NCBI RefSeq assembly: GCF_000150275.1
Contig: NW_002060948.1
Span: 124,001 to 188,000 of the forward strand
Length of the DNA stretch: 64,000 nucleotides
From: Trichoplax adhaerens
Taxonomy: Eukaryota; Animalia; Placozoa
Direction of reading: 5' to 3'
The notes under the pieces are model-generated. The model was given only the letters and a program-made list of their open reading frames with translations, ran no database searches and was not told the DNA's origin. Positions 27,560 through 41,199 of this stretch are shown in pieces. The first letter of the stretch is position 1; each line of letters begins with the position of its first letter. Position numbers and translations under genes: made by a program.

Positions 27560-28357
27560 GATGACGTCATCCGATGGAAATATGCAATTCTGCACGGCTG
27601 CTAGAATGAGTCATCATGCAAGCTCCATGCGCCAAGCCTGTAGTAATACGACGGAAACATCCTGTAGTGAAGTAGAGTATAGTATAAAAGCGAAGAATGG
27701 AATTTTTGGGTACTGCAAATCACCAGAAGTGAAGATTTGGTGTAGGAGTGATGTGACTAGTGCCATACGGTACGCAAACTCAGTCATGCACAGTACATTG
27801 TACAGTAGTATACAGTGTACACCCACTAGTAACCGGCATTGGAGTACTGTAGAGTACTGTACAGTGTACACTGTATAGTACTGTATAGAATTACAGTATT
27901 TTACTGAGAGAGAGTGTCCTGTAAGGTAGGTGCAACGCCCAGTTTAAAGTGTACAGTACTAGTAATCTCAATGGGTCCGTACCGGATCACTACTAGCAAT
28001 CTCAACAATGGGTCCGTACCGGATCACCAAGTTGATGTCAAGCGCTCAACTGTACGTACCCCACAGGATGATGAGTGTACTGTATATTGGCGTCATTCAT
28101 CACCGTCTGACCTAGTGCAAAACAACAAAACAACGGCTCACTCTCTTGGAGAGTGAAACTAGGGACATTTCATGCTCTGACATCAGCAATTCACAGAGTC
28201 GTTTCACAAGATGGCGAAAAGTATCTAAGAAAGGAAGCAAGACGTTGCCACCAACTGCTGTTCGAAAATAGGAGAAGCTTGGTAAAAGCCAACTGCTAAC
28301 ACGATAGAAATCGACTGAGCCAGGGAAATCCATTCAGGATCAATCTATTTTGCGCAA
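27560..28357 (+). promoter_or_regulatory. Putative KCTD3 promoter/5' region: GC-elevated, GTACAG/CTGTAC-rich island
   Basis: Perfect CRE palindrome TGACGTCA at 27562-27569; dense TACAGT/ACTGTA words at 27790-27960; duplicated 22-mer at 27969-27990 and 28006-28027; YY1-like AAGATGGCG at 28208-28216. Lies immediately upstream of the first coding exon. Confidence 0.65.
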
Positions 28358-31300
28358 ATGGAATCGGTTAGCTTTTCGCCTTATTCACTGTCAGTTGGAG
28401 ATACCATTATCAAGCTCAACGTTGGTGGTAAAAGGTGATGTAGGATATTGTAGGCATGAATATAGAAACTGCATGGGGTAGCTATCGATTGCCAGAAAGC
28501 GAGCTATTACCTTGGTTAACCTTGATCAGCAGTAACGGTGATCAAAACTGTTTAATCCATATAGTAGTTCGCGTGTGATGACATGCAGAGCTAGCTTGAG
28601 GACAATCCTAGACGCGTACTGGTAATTGACGAGTAGAATAGTGGAAGCATAATTTATCCCTTTACCAGTCAACAAGATCGCCTACAATCATCATCAAAAT
28701 TTTACTGTACATCGTTACCATTACTATTTCCAGTTAATCTTATTGGTAACATGATATTATAATGTCTATGTAATACAGCAGTATCTGTCAAGATAAACTT
28801 CATGCCATTGGTACTGTCGTTCTGCTTGGGTCAGACATTACAACTTGATCACTTGACTTGAAAACAAAACATTTTCCATGATACATTTAACGATCTTGAT
28901 GATATGATGGTATTATAGCTCAATACCCATTTCTCAAGGATGATGTAATAACACTAGAGGAGAAAGTTCTTTACAACCACCAAAAGACTCTTCTTACACG
29001 TAGTTTGATTTCAACATCGGCAATGTCATTATCATTCAATCCCTATACCTTTTCTCAATGTCAGTATTCTCTTTCTCTTATTTTATCCACAAGTCGCTGG
29101 TATACTGTACTAGAATAGAGTCAGTTCGCTGACTCGATCAAAAAGGTTATTGTTGCACACAGCTTCATGGAATATCCGTTTTCAATATCACTCATTGATA
29201 AAGCCTATACATCATCCCATGATTACGTCTATTTATAGTCCAGTCCTGGATTGACTAGATCAAATGGTTGTTATTGCATGTAGTTTTACCGATATACGCC
29301 TTGCAGTACCTATTTTTCACTGATAATTCTGGTATTCTCGTACATAAAGCAATAGGTACTTTACACTACGATTTGATTCACTAGATCAAAATTCTGTTAT
29401 TACACCTGGTTTAACTTCTACTGAATATGGGAAATATTAGATGATCGCCACAATGTCCGTCATGCTTACTAATTTATGACTAAACTGCCTTCTTTAAACT
29501 TGTACAATAATCACGTACATCAGTTAGCTAATGATACCCTACTAAAATAAGAGCATGATAGACGGGTATGAATTCATTTTTCGAATGATATTGCCGAGCA
29601 TACTCGTATTTCTCCTTCGTAAAACAGCTCGTCACATTAACCTGCAGCTTAAAAGTAGTTCTTGTTTACTCATGTTTTGACTTGCATATTGTTACTCAAT
29701 CATTTCATTATCTAAGATTTAGTGATTGCCTAGTAGCACAATTTGTAGTAAAAAAATGTTACATTCAACAAGAAACTAATCTACCTACTTCTTTGGTTCG
29801 TGTAGACTCATAGGTTAGGTAGTCCGTGATTAACCCTACCTACGTATGATGTCATGATTCGAGTAAATGGATTTACATATCAAAGCTATACGAAAGTACA
29901 ATATGGTAGTTTCATGGTCTTCTTTATCCTATTATATTTCGTTGCTAGATAATCTTCACATCCAAATACTGTTCGTATACTGTAGTTACTCGATAGTGAT
30001 TTTGTACGAGTATCACTACATGATACCAGTACAAATAAAGAAAGGATTATGGCTATCGAAAGCATTTGTCATAAAGTTCAATAACAATCTGATTGTTTAA
30101 CGTGATCTTTTTATAATGTTGTGAATATTCTGTATTCATAAAAATCATCAGTGGATTGAAAAATTACGTAATTGAATTTAAGAATTATGACTCTACGTCC
30201 TATAGTGCTGAACATTAGCAATTAATCACTGCTATTATATCATTGATTGTATAGATTTCAGACCTCCAAGCAAACTCTAACGTGGATTCCGAATACTTTC
30301 TTTACATGGTTAGCAGGCTATGTAATTATGTACTCGTCTATATTAAATTAAGGATTCTTTCTATATACATTTATAATTATGATTGGATTTGGTTATGGCA
30401 ATGATATAGATGAGCATAGTAATAGCCAGTATAGATAGCATTATTACAAATTATGATTTGGCTAACGTCATATCTTACTGTTCGATGGACTTTATTTCAT
30501 GTAGTATACCAGCTACAGAATTGTTATTATAATTGTAACACAATCCGTTATGGCAAAATGCTTCTTTTGGAAGTAATATTGAGTTTTGGCTATGATTGAA
30601 ATTGCAATTTCTCAGTAGTTTCTTGAATAAATTTTACGTACATCATAGCCTTCGGAAAGATGATATTCATTTTATGACGTTACTATCAATATCGGCTGGT
30701 ATCTTAATATTTCCAGCAAAGTCGTTCTGTAAGATACAGTTACAATCACTTTCCAAGAGTGTAATAACCACCTAATCCTAAATGTTGTCTTTACATAATA
30801 AAAAAAGTTTGCTGGATGGTAGAATACCAACGCTGAAAGATGAAAATGGCGACGTAAGTTTAGTACTATAAATCTATCTAAGTAAATACATATGCCTATG
30901 CTATTTTGAGATCCAATGCAACATTGATCGCGCTATTTATGATCAGATATTTATCGACCGTGATCCCGATGCATTTATACCAATATTAAATTATTTGAGG
31001 ACGAAGGAAATTGATTTACGGTAAGGTATAAGAAAACCAGTAAAAGGAAATACTTATTTTTTAAAGCACTGAGTGTGTAATATACACGAATATGTAAAAC
31101 TTATTATGGATATCTTGGAAGACTTTCTAATATCCCCATTTATGTTTGATAGTAATATTGGTCTATCAACGGTAAAACATGAGGCGGAATTTTACGGCAT
31201 CACGCCTTTAGGTAAGCCACATAACTGCTCTAATGATCTCATTCTAATGACAACAGATGAATATGACTGCCACGCATAATAGCAATGAATTTTACAGTAT

Positions 31301-34300
31301 TTTCAATTTTATTCATGATATTTTCATAGTGAGACAATTAACCTTGTGCGAAAACAAGTCCGACTCCGGTTGTGGAAGTTTGCATTTCAGCGCCTACTTG
31401 TCTTCACCAAGTAAAGCTTTTCCTTTGTAGCTAAAATAGATTGCATTGATTGATATTAAAAATAGTTGTCGTTCTCTGATAATTATTATTCTATTTTTGG
31501 CTGTTCACGATGTTTAATGGCTGTTTTTGTTATAATATATCTTTTAACATTTATAGCGCTCCCTATACCCAAATCTCATAAATTTAGTAAGCAACGTTAA
31601 AAATTTTAATTTTGATGATAAGATTACATATATGTTATTAGCCCGAGTTACTTACATACTGTCGTCCATTTCATATGTAGTTGAAAGTTAATGATATTTA
31701 CTAATCGAAAATACTGTCTATTGTGAATTGCGCACACGTTATTAATATAGATGATGCAAGTATGAAGCGTGTTTTATCAGTTACTGGACATTACAACTGG
31801 ATTGCAGTTTCATTTGCTCACTGTATTTGCTGTTATAAGTAAGTATTTATTCGGGCGGTACTTAAGTGAATGCTATAATTCTATAAATTGAGATCTTGTC
31901 GAAAACGATATTTATTAGATTGACAGAAACATCAGGCTGGCAGCTAGGTTTTACTAGTCCTTATCTAGCAAATTTTGCTGAGAAAATGGCATTAAACGTT
32001 CGAGTCATTGGTGGATCCCTCGGAGATAAGATGATTGCGGTGGCTTCAGGTTAGATGATGTGCATAGATATTTTTTATATACTGGTTATTGCGTATTATG
32101 ATGGTATTACATTATCACTTTAAGCAATTTTATAATACTAGTAATATGCAGCATAATGAAATTAAAACTCTGATACGTACGGTATTATTTCATGTCCGTA
32201 TAGGAAGCCAAATTCGTTTATGGAGCTTTGGTTCTATTCCTGTAACTCAAATAGGTATGGTGCATATTACCCCTTCGCATGAGTACTGCTGTCTGTTGTA
32301 TGCTATGCCAAAGCTCCTGATTCATTAGTTATTATTCATTTATAATTAGGAACTTTTGAGCTATATGTTAGCGTGGATGCATTGTTTTTCGTTGGTAGCC
32401 ATCTTGTTGCAATAAGTCATACAGGGAAGATTGGTGTTTGGCATTCTACAAATCAACACTGGCAGGTATCATCTTGAGCTACTAACAACTCCAGTAGTTA
32501 TTTTAGTAACGAAAGGTTGTTCATTTCAGAAACAAGATCTAATGCCTATAACTAGTTGGGATGCTGCAGCTGAATTTCTTTTGCTGGGTTGCAGAAACGG
32601 TTGTATTTATTATATAGGTATGATAATCCTACTTACAGCATTTCTAAGAATATCTTAATTCCTTAGTTGTAAATATATTTTAATGGGTATGTAATATTTA
32701 AATATACTTAATATTTACTTTTAAATACTTTGTGTATGACACTTCCGTAGATACTCAAAAATTTCCATTAAGAATGAAAGACAACGATCTTCTCGTTACC
32801 CAATTATATAAGGATCCTGAGAACCATGCGGTCACATCTTTAAGTGTTTACTTGACACCTAAAGGCAGTATGTTACATTAATGATATTTATGACAGTATG
32901 AAGTCATTGGCGTTGATTTATTCTTAGACATCTTTATAACTTATATCATTAATTATAGATTTTGGAGGTGGTGGTAGCGGTAACTGGATTGAAATTGCTT
33001 ACGGTACGAGTTCCGGAATTGTTCGAGTTATTGTACAGCATCCTGAAACTGTTGGGCAAGGACCACAACTGTTGCAGACATTTACTGTTCATCGGAATGC
33101 TATTACTAATGTTATGTTAAGTGAAAAAAATTTAATATCCGGTAAACGATCAATACATTAGTAACAATCATCCTTTGCTACTAATCTTCTAGTAATGCTA
33201 TGTAATATAACCTTGACTGATTACTTTCATTTATTGTAGTATGCACCGAGAAACATGTTCGCACATGGACTGTAACTCGATTTCGTGGAATGATTTCTAC
33301 TCAACCCGGATCAGTGCCGTTAGCGTCATACCGTGTCCTAACTTTATCGAATGTTCAAGAACCATTCTATGGTTTGGAGGCAGGAAATCAAATTGGTAAA
33401 GAAATTAATATGATATAATAGGATTTGCAATGGTGAAATATTTACTGTCTGTAGTGGACTAATATTCTTCTTAGTAATACTATTAAAATTAATATCAAAG
33501 GTCCATATGGTCATCGTGACGGCGAGCAAATCTTTATTCAAAAAGTTATACCGGAAATAAATTATCTTTACGTTCGATTGGCTTCTACAGGGAAAAGGTA
33601 AAGTTAATAATAATCGTACAGATTTAACTTCGATAACAATGTGAATTGTTCTGTATCCTAGAATTCTTGTTGCATTGAGAGTTAAAAATATTTGTATTGT
33701 TAAAAATAGGGTTTGTAAAATACGCTCCGTAGATGGTTCAAATATCACATGCCACAGTGTACATGAATGCGAGGGAGTTGGTAGACTGAGTTCAAGGCTT
33801 CGAAAGTTCTTTTTTACTGGCCATGAAAATGGAAGTATTCAGGTTATTCTCACCAATGTTGCAAGTAGTTTTAAGCTAAATTACAGTATTTCTTGACTCT
33901 ATAATCAACTCTTAATAGGTTTGGGATTTATCGACTGCACTTGATGATGCACAAAAGTTCTCTGAAAGTAAGCTTTTGAAGATTCTTGTCAAAATTATTT
34001 ATGCATATCACTTAACGTATTTCTTTATTTAGCAAACGAAGCATCTGGTGATGGTGGTCCAAGTGAAAGTGAGTTACAAAAAATCTTGGAACAGTGCGAT
34101 CTTGCAAGTCAGTCAGCACAATCAACTCCTATTTATGGTTCACTTGTCAGTCTCACAAATATCGCCTCTTCACCTGTACCTCGTCGGCTCAATTATAACC
34201 GTACTATATCTACAAGTCGTATTTCATTGACAACAGGTGATGCTAGAAGCAGTTGGCATCGTGTTCCTGACAACAACAAAAGACATGAACCTGTAGAGAA

Positions 34301-34349
34301 TGAGGAGATTAGAGTTGGCTCTCCTAAAGCAGTAATTTCTGATTGTTGA
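28358..34349 (+). CDS. KCTD3: BTB/POZ + WD40 protein of the KCTD3/SHKBP1 family
   Basis: Spliced peptides [150 protein letters not shown]. These match KCTD3/SHKBP1 as I recall them. The start could alternatively be ATG 28211. Confidence 0.93.
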
Positions 34350-35334
34350 TATGGATTCAATAATAAATGACCTTAAAGTTTTATATATCTATATTCATTT
34401 ATAGTATGTTTTTTTGTTGTTTTAGTATGTTTATCTCGTGTTTCGATATCGTATCTTAATGGTTAGAGAGTTTTGTAGTACAGTAATTTTTGTGTGTATT
34501 CGCAAAATTTAATTCGGTATTGGTATTACTGAGTTCTATCGCCTGTAAATCTTTGTCGCGATCAATCAACTCAGGATACGATATTAACGTGCCATTGTAA
34601 AGTACCGTTTTACAGAATCATAAATAACCATTTTATAAATGCTGTTGATCGATTGATTTGGACTATATGTTAGTAATGACTAACACTACTGCTAAATTAT
34701 TTTGATGAAATCAATAATGCTAAATTATGATATATCATATTGATTACTTTAGGTTGTACGAATTAACTATTAAAGTGTTACTTAACTAATCTTAAAATTT
34801 GATATCAAATTCAAAACAGACATGCTCATTAAGTAATTATAAACATGCATATATATATATGAATATTGTCCACATATAGTTACACCTGCAAACCCGATTT
34901 TTAAGTTTAGTAAGATTTATAATAATTTTTATCTCAAGCATAAAATGGTCTAAAATAACTATATTGTCAAACCTGCTAATAATATAATTCATATTACTAA
35001 TAGATTATTTACAAAGTTTCATTGCGCTTAAAATTTCTATCGAATGATTCTTTTGTAACATAAATTGAAATAACTTTTTCCGGCATTTTTATGGTCGCTT
35101 TGGCTAAAATTTGTGATAACATCACAATAATGCTATCGGTCGTAAATGTTCGTATATCACGACAGATGAAGCTAAATAAAATACGCATCTATGTGAAACT
35201 GTTTTGCAACAATCTTACCGTTGTATGGTACTGTAATTTGTATGTCGTTATATATACACCCATTTCATTTGAAAGCGTACGTAATAATGTGTAAAAACAG
35301 TATTGTGACTGGATAGTGGTTTTATCATTTCCAA

Positions 35335-38300
35335 TTATGATTCCTTCAATTGCCATATTTGCTTTTCATTATCGTCTTCGCAGGGATCAGCGACAATTTC
35401 TCCGCTTGACGAGATGGTTAAGCATCGTTGTATAAAGTTGTTTCTAATCTTATCTTTTGTCATGTCCCATGCCTATAATACCGTAGATAAGTAATCAATG
35501 TTAACATATATTAAACATGGTCCATGGTATAATGAAAACTAATATTATACCATGAGCTTTGCGTCCCCTTCACAAGGCATTAATGTTACAGGAATATGCT
35601 GGCCTTTGGTGTCACTCAAATATAAGCAAAGGTCCCTTTGTCTAATTTGCTTGAGATCGAGGCTATATATCCATTCCTAAGTGTCAGTAAAGATAATTAG
35701 TCTACGGTAATAAGGACTCAAAATTACTTCAGTTACTACCTGATTTCCGCCGCCGCCATGGCAAGGGAAAGTTGAAACTCTATCGCCCGGCTTACCACCA
35801 ATAGAGTCGAGGCATTTGCCCCCTTGGCGCAATTCGCCAAATTTATCATTTACGCCTTCAGGAACACTATTACATATTTATCAGTACTTTAATGACATGA
35901 AATATTTAAGAGTAAGAGTGTACATTAATATACACATGCTCCAGATTCTTACTTCAGTTCTGGGTAGACATTGCGCATATACCATTTAAATGATCTACAC
36001 TTCAATTTCTCTCTTAATTTCAGGCGATCGCTAATACTAGTGTAGTAAAAATTATTAAAAAATTGTAAGAGTAAAATTTTTGCAGTCGGATAGTTATTTC
36101 CGCATACTCTCCATAAGGAACGCCCCTGGCTCCAGGTTCTCTTTTGTAATAAAATTTTGCATATCCATCCATCCATGCTTCCGCTGCTCTTCTGGTATTC
36201 CTGAGAACGGAATACGTAATATTACGATTGAATCAGTATACTACTATACTTGCTTGCTATCACATGCAAGCAATCATTTATGTATTTACTTTGCAAATAC
36301 GAAGCCACCACCCCCAGGGAAGGTATACGGATGCCGTTTGCGAAATACATGACCAACTCGGGAACATGGGACAATCTCAAGGCTTCCCCCACACATCCAA
36401 ATACGTAAAGATATTTCTTTATTTGCGATCACCATGATATTGTCGTCAAGATTTATTTTGTGTAAAAGAATGGAACAAATAAGAACTCTTTTGCTACATC
36501 TTGTTATTGATACTGATAGTCTTACCAAGATTTTCTCCTCCCCAAACGTCCATTCCCATATCATACTTTCCACTTTTTATGAACCAATTCTTACTGATAG
36601 AAAAGAGGCCTCCTGCAATCATTGGTGTTCTAAGTGTAATCATATAGTGGTTAGTGATTGCATACGCGTATAGCAATGATCTTGCATTATTCTTAGTAGC
36701 GCTAATATCTTTACTTTATAGGTCGTGTCGGGTGAGCGGCCCGCTGTGATTGCTCTTCAGATGTCATGCTGTCCCACTTAAAATTAAGATTCCATCCAAA
36801 TCCTAGCATTTCCGAAACACAGCCAATTAATGATATTATTAGAAATCATCAGAGTTAATACATCATTTCATATAATACGAACAATCTTTTTACCTCCTTT
36901 TAAATCTGCGGAGCTACCTATGTAATTAAACGTATCCATGTGGATAACATCGATTATAGGGCTAACAACTATAGTTTCATTCTGTAAATGTAATACCGAT
37001 GATAAATTTAGCGTGTTTATTACGAAGTAGGCGAAAATATCGTTTTATTTATATCGAACCTGTGCAACTCGACTTAATAGAGGTTCCAACCAACGTTCAT
37101 TTACTTCGCAGTGGCTGTCTAAAAATGTTAACACATCGCCTTTTGCTAGATCAGCACCTCTCACCCTAGATCGAATTAACCCTGTAGAAATATGAATTCT
37201 TGAGTTTGTGCGTAAGGTATATTTTCGAATACAATTTCTATCGCAATAATTGCAGCAAAGACAATAGGAGAAGAAATTATCGCTCCGTGCAAGTTGGAAG
37301 CTAGTCTATCGTAATGATATCATAATTATTCCTTTATTGCACTAACCTTCTCGTTTATTATTTCGCAAAGTCTTCACTTTCGGTAAGATTTTTAAGAGCC
37401 TGCCATCGTTTGCTAGATAATATTTATTTCAGTACTTTTGTTATAAAAATTTACTATTGTGCAATAAACCATCACCATTGTTAGCATAGAGATTTTATAT
37501 ATGCAATAGTTTGTGAGCGTACCATTGTCACTAAAGTCGTCGACAAGAATAATTTCTTTTAATAGCTCGGATGGACTACGGTTTAGAACACTATCACCAA
37601 AGATGAATGGATATCGTATTAATAAAAACTCAATTAATCTTAGAATCAATATAAAGCATATCTCCTATAATAACGGTCAATTGAACAAAATTTGTCGGCC
37701 CCAAGTAATGTTATTTTAAGGCAGTACTTCGATTACACTACATACCTGCGAATTGTTCTAAGTAAAGCGGATCGAGCTTCATTATGAAATGTAATGATAA
37801 CAGAGGTTGTGGGCAACTTGTGCTTGTATTCTAATGATCTGCAGCTGTTAAATTAATTATAAAGAAAGTATAATTACGTTATCAGCGCAAACATCGTAAT
37901 TTTAATCTCTTTTAGTCACTGCTATCCTGTTCAGTAAAATTAACATAGATTGACAGTTTCCGTTTGATAAAGAAAATTAATTAAAAAAATAAGCACATGT
38001 CCTATGGAGAATAATACTTTAGAGATTTAAAAGAAAAATCCTTGAACGGCAAGAATATCAACAATAAATATCGTTGCTTCGTGATTAAACTTTGGTTGTT
38101 AATTAATAGTCGACAAACACTCAAGTGTTTCGTATACGATTGTATGATTCCTCCTTGTCTTATTGCAGTACTTGGGAGTAGAACAAGTAGACCGTACAGT
38201 GACAGTTGAAGGAATAGTTTAACCTCTAAAACTTGCAATTTTTTAATTCGGTACTGCTAGCGACAACTCTCATTTCAAGCTTAATTTTATCGTAGTAACT

Positions 38301-40325
38301 GGAAACTTCTCTCACACCTGTACTTGACGAACTTTCAGCATATTCATTATTATTTGAATACTAACACTTGTGAGTACTGATATTGAGATTGCCTAAATCA
38401 AGCTCGTTTAGGGGCTTCGGCTAATGACAAAATCACAAGATACCAGAAATAAAAAGGATGGAAATTAAAAACAAAAGTTCATAAAAGAATTTGAATAGAA
38501 AAGGGACGATTTTCCCATACAATCAATTAGTGCTTTCCCATATCTTTTATATTATCACCCAAGTAGATCCGTATCCTGTATCATTAGCCAGTAATTCAAT
38601 AGCTTTTGCATCTAAATATATTCACTAACTACACTAGTCCACTAACAAAAATATTCGAGATATTACGTAAGACAATCATTACAATTATTAGACATTAAGC
38701 ATTGTCTTTATCATATGCGATATCTGATGATTCAATCGCGTCCGATATACAAAAATGCGTTCAACTATGAATAAACGTAAGAACGATTTAAATATAATAT
38801 AATTTAAATATAATTCATTGCCTATTATCATTTCAAATTAGCTGTTAGCACTAGCGTTAATTTGGCAAAAATATTTTCTCTCACATTTCGACTACTGTAG
38901 AATGAAAATGTTGCTCTATTGCTTTCAAGTTAATTTTGTAATTGTATGGATGAATTCAAATTATAACGAAATTGAGTAGTACCTATAATCACGCGTGTCC
39001 GGTACACCTCGATCAGTAGGCAATTTATCGCATTCCGCTTGATTGAAAGCATTCCGAATATAAGCATCTTCGCCTTGTTTTAAAGCAGTTGCACCAATGT
39101 AAGCTTTTTCGTCAAAATTGGGATTCCAACGGATGTTATCTTGCATCTCCTGTTCGGATTGAGGCTCCAGTAATTTAACTTCATGGTCACCTTCATCATT
39201 TGACAAGTCTATAACTTGCTGAGCATGCTGTTCAATCTTTTCCCTTACCTTTCTATCATGAGGATCTTTATCATCCTGCTGTATCTTTCTGTCCTTATTT
39301 GATCTAGCATCGTTAGCTGTTTTTGACTAGTATCAAAAAGAGATATTAGATAACTTTACTATTTTATCGATAAAAAATCTAAAATCTAAGAGATGCATTG
39401 TTACATAGAATAACCAATAATTTATACTGCAATTAAAGAACTAGGAAATGAAGAACCAGCTAAAACAGACTCAAACTTGATAGGTCTAATGAATTTATTT
39501 GCAATGTAATTTACTGGTGTGATAATGGTATCTAAATGAAATAACGAATAATTAAAGAATGGATATTTTAAGTACTGCAATTAAAGCTGATTCGTTTCTG
39601 AAAGGCCCATTGAAATTATTGGGAACGTAAAGTAGTTTACCATTTATTTCTATCCTTTGTGTAGTTCAATGAAGAAATAATCAGTCATATTCGAGTTTGA
39701 GTAGACGTATGATTCAAGGAAAAAAATAACCCAGTCAATCACTACAATATTGATCATCACTTTTACTACATCACTATTTATGTATTGTACGCTCGTATAG
39801 CACGATTTATTCTATAACTGCTTGAATCGGATAAATTATCCATTTCTCTTGCAATACTTTTATACAGCTCTATATGAAAATTATTTCATTATAAGCCCTC
39901 TTATGTGAAGGATAATGACGATGATATGAAGTAACTGCTATAGCCTGTTAGATACTACAGTATTGTATATTGTTATGGCACTGTCTGAAGATTTTTATTC
40001 GTAATTTTTTTTGAACAGCTTCAAAGTATCTTAATAATTTTAACTTTATGAGTTCTCCGATGCAATCTTCTTGTATCGAAGTCATTGGATATTAGAAAAC
40101 TATTACTGCAAGGATTTACTATATCAACGTAAGGCGAGAAGAAATCAGTCATTTCCAATATCCAAAATATAGACAATAAACGGGCAATCTTGATACATAT
40201 ACATATAATAATACTTATGCATTTTCTACCTCGTCCGAACGTGATAGGTCACGAGTATAGATAAATACCAAGGTAAGCCAGATAAAAGTAAATATGATCA
40301 AAAAACTTATTCGTTTCCACCTCAT
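35335..40325 (-). CDS. GALNT2: Polypeptide N-acetylgalactosaminyltransferase, GALNT2/14/16-type (copy A)
   Basis: First coding exon 40325-40230 is [23 protein letters not shown] (type II anchor). Motifs: [36 protein letters not shown] (DxH), [49 protein letters not shown], ricin lectin GKCLDSIG...GNQEW. Stop TAA at 35337-35335. Confidence 0.93.
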
Positions 40326-41199
40326 TTTCTTTTCATCTACATAAAAGTCAAGCAGCGGAGAAAAATATACAAATAGAAAAAATTGATAATATCATGTTTT
40401 ACTTATTGGATGTTTCTCAATTTACAATAGTGAGTAGTTCATTAATTAAAATAGTCATTGATACTGGATGTTCTAGACTAGTCATTGCGTTCAAAATGCA
40501 GCCTATGCGTACGTCTATTAAGTGATGGAATGGCGTGAATCATTGATCCATTCAATTAAATTAATCGTGCAGAATACTAAAGAATAGATGGTAGTCCTTG
40601 TCTATTAATTATTCTCCAAGCATTTGTAAATGCGTTATTAGTAATGGTAACAGCACGGTTGAATAGAATGATTATGTTGATTCACTTTAGCATCTAATTG
40701 ACATCCTTCGTTCACTACCGTAGATTGAGTTTTACGAACGGTAGCGCGATATGACGATGATTATGATTTGCATACTGGTTCTGTAATGTTGTGTAATATT
40801 TGCAAGATTACAAAATCAATAAACTAGCCATGCAACGAAACTAGTAATGTGGTCATTTTATTGAATATGGCAAGGATTAAATGGTACTGTACTTTTATTG
40901 AGGATTGATTCTGTGTATCTAAGTTACCAAAATGGAGATCGTGGTCCAATGGATGATGATAACAATCTACGAGCATGCAGCTACAATATCTTACCATGCG
41001 ATTAAACGATCCAAAATGCAAATACAGTAGAGCCAATAGAGCTGTTTGGTTGAGGGTAAGGATGTTGAATGGAAGAATTGATTTCACTGTCAAGGCGAAG
41101 ACGAAATGAATACAATTCTACAGAATAATGGTAGCTGAGTAAGCAGACAGCTGGACACCACCACAGGCGCAAATCTGTAAGCTGCAACGATAATGGGGC

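Noticed and set aside
27561-28333. ORFs of 73-105 aa on both strands
   Set aside because: They are by-products of the GC-elevated, GTACAG-rich promoter island (C/T/V/Y-rich translations) with no recognisable domain.
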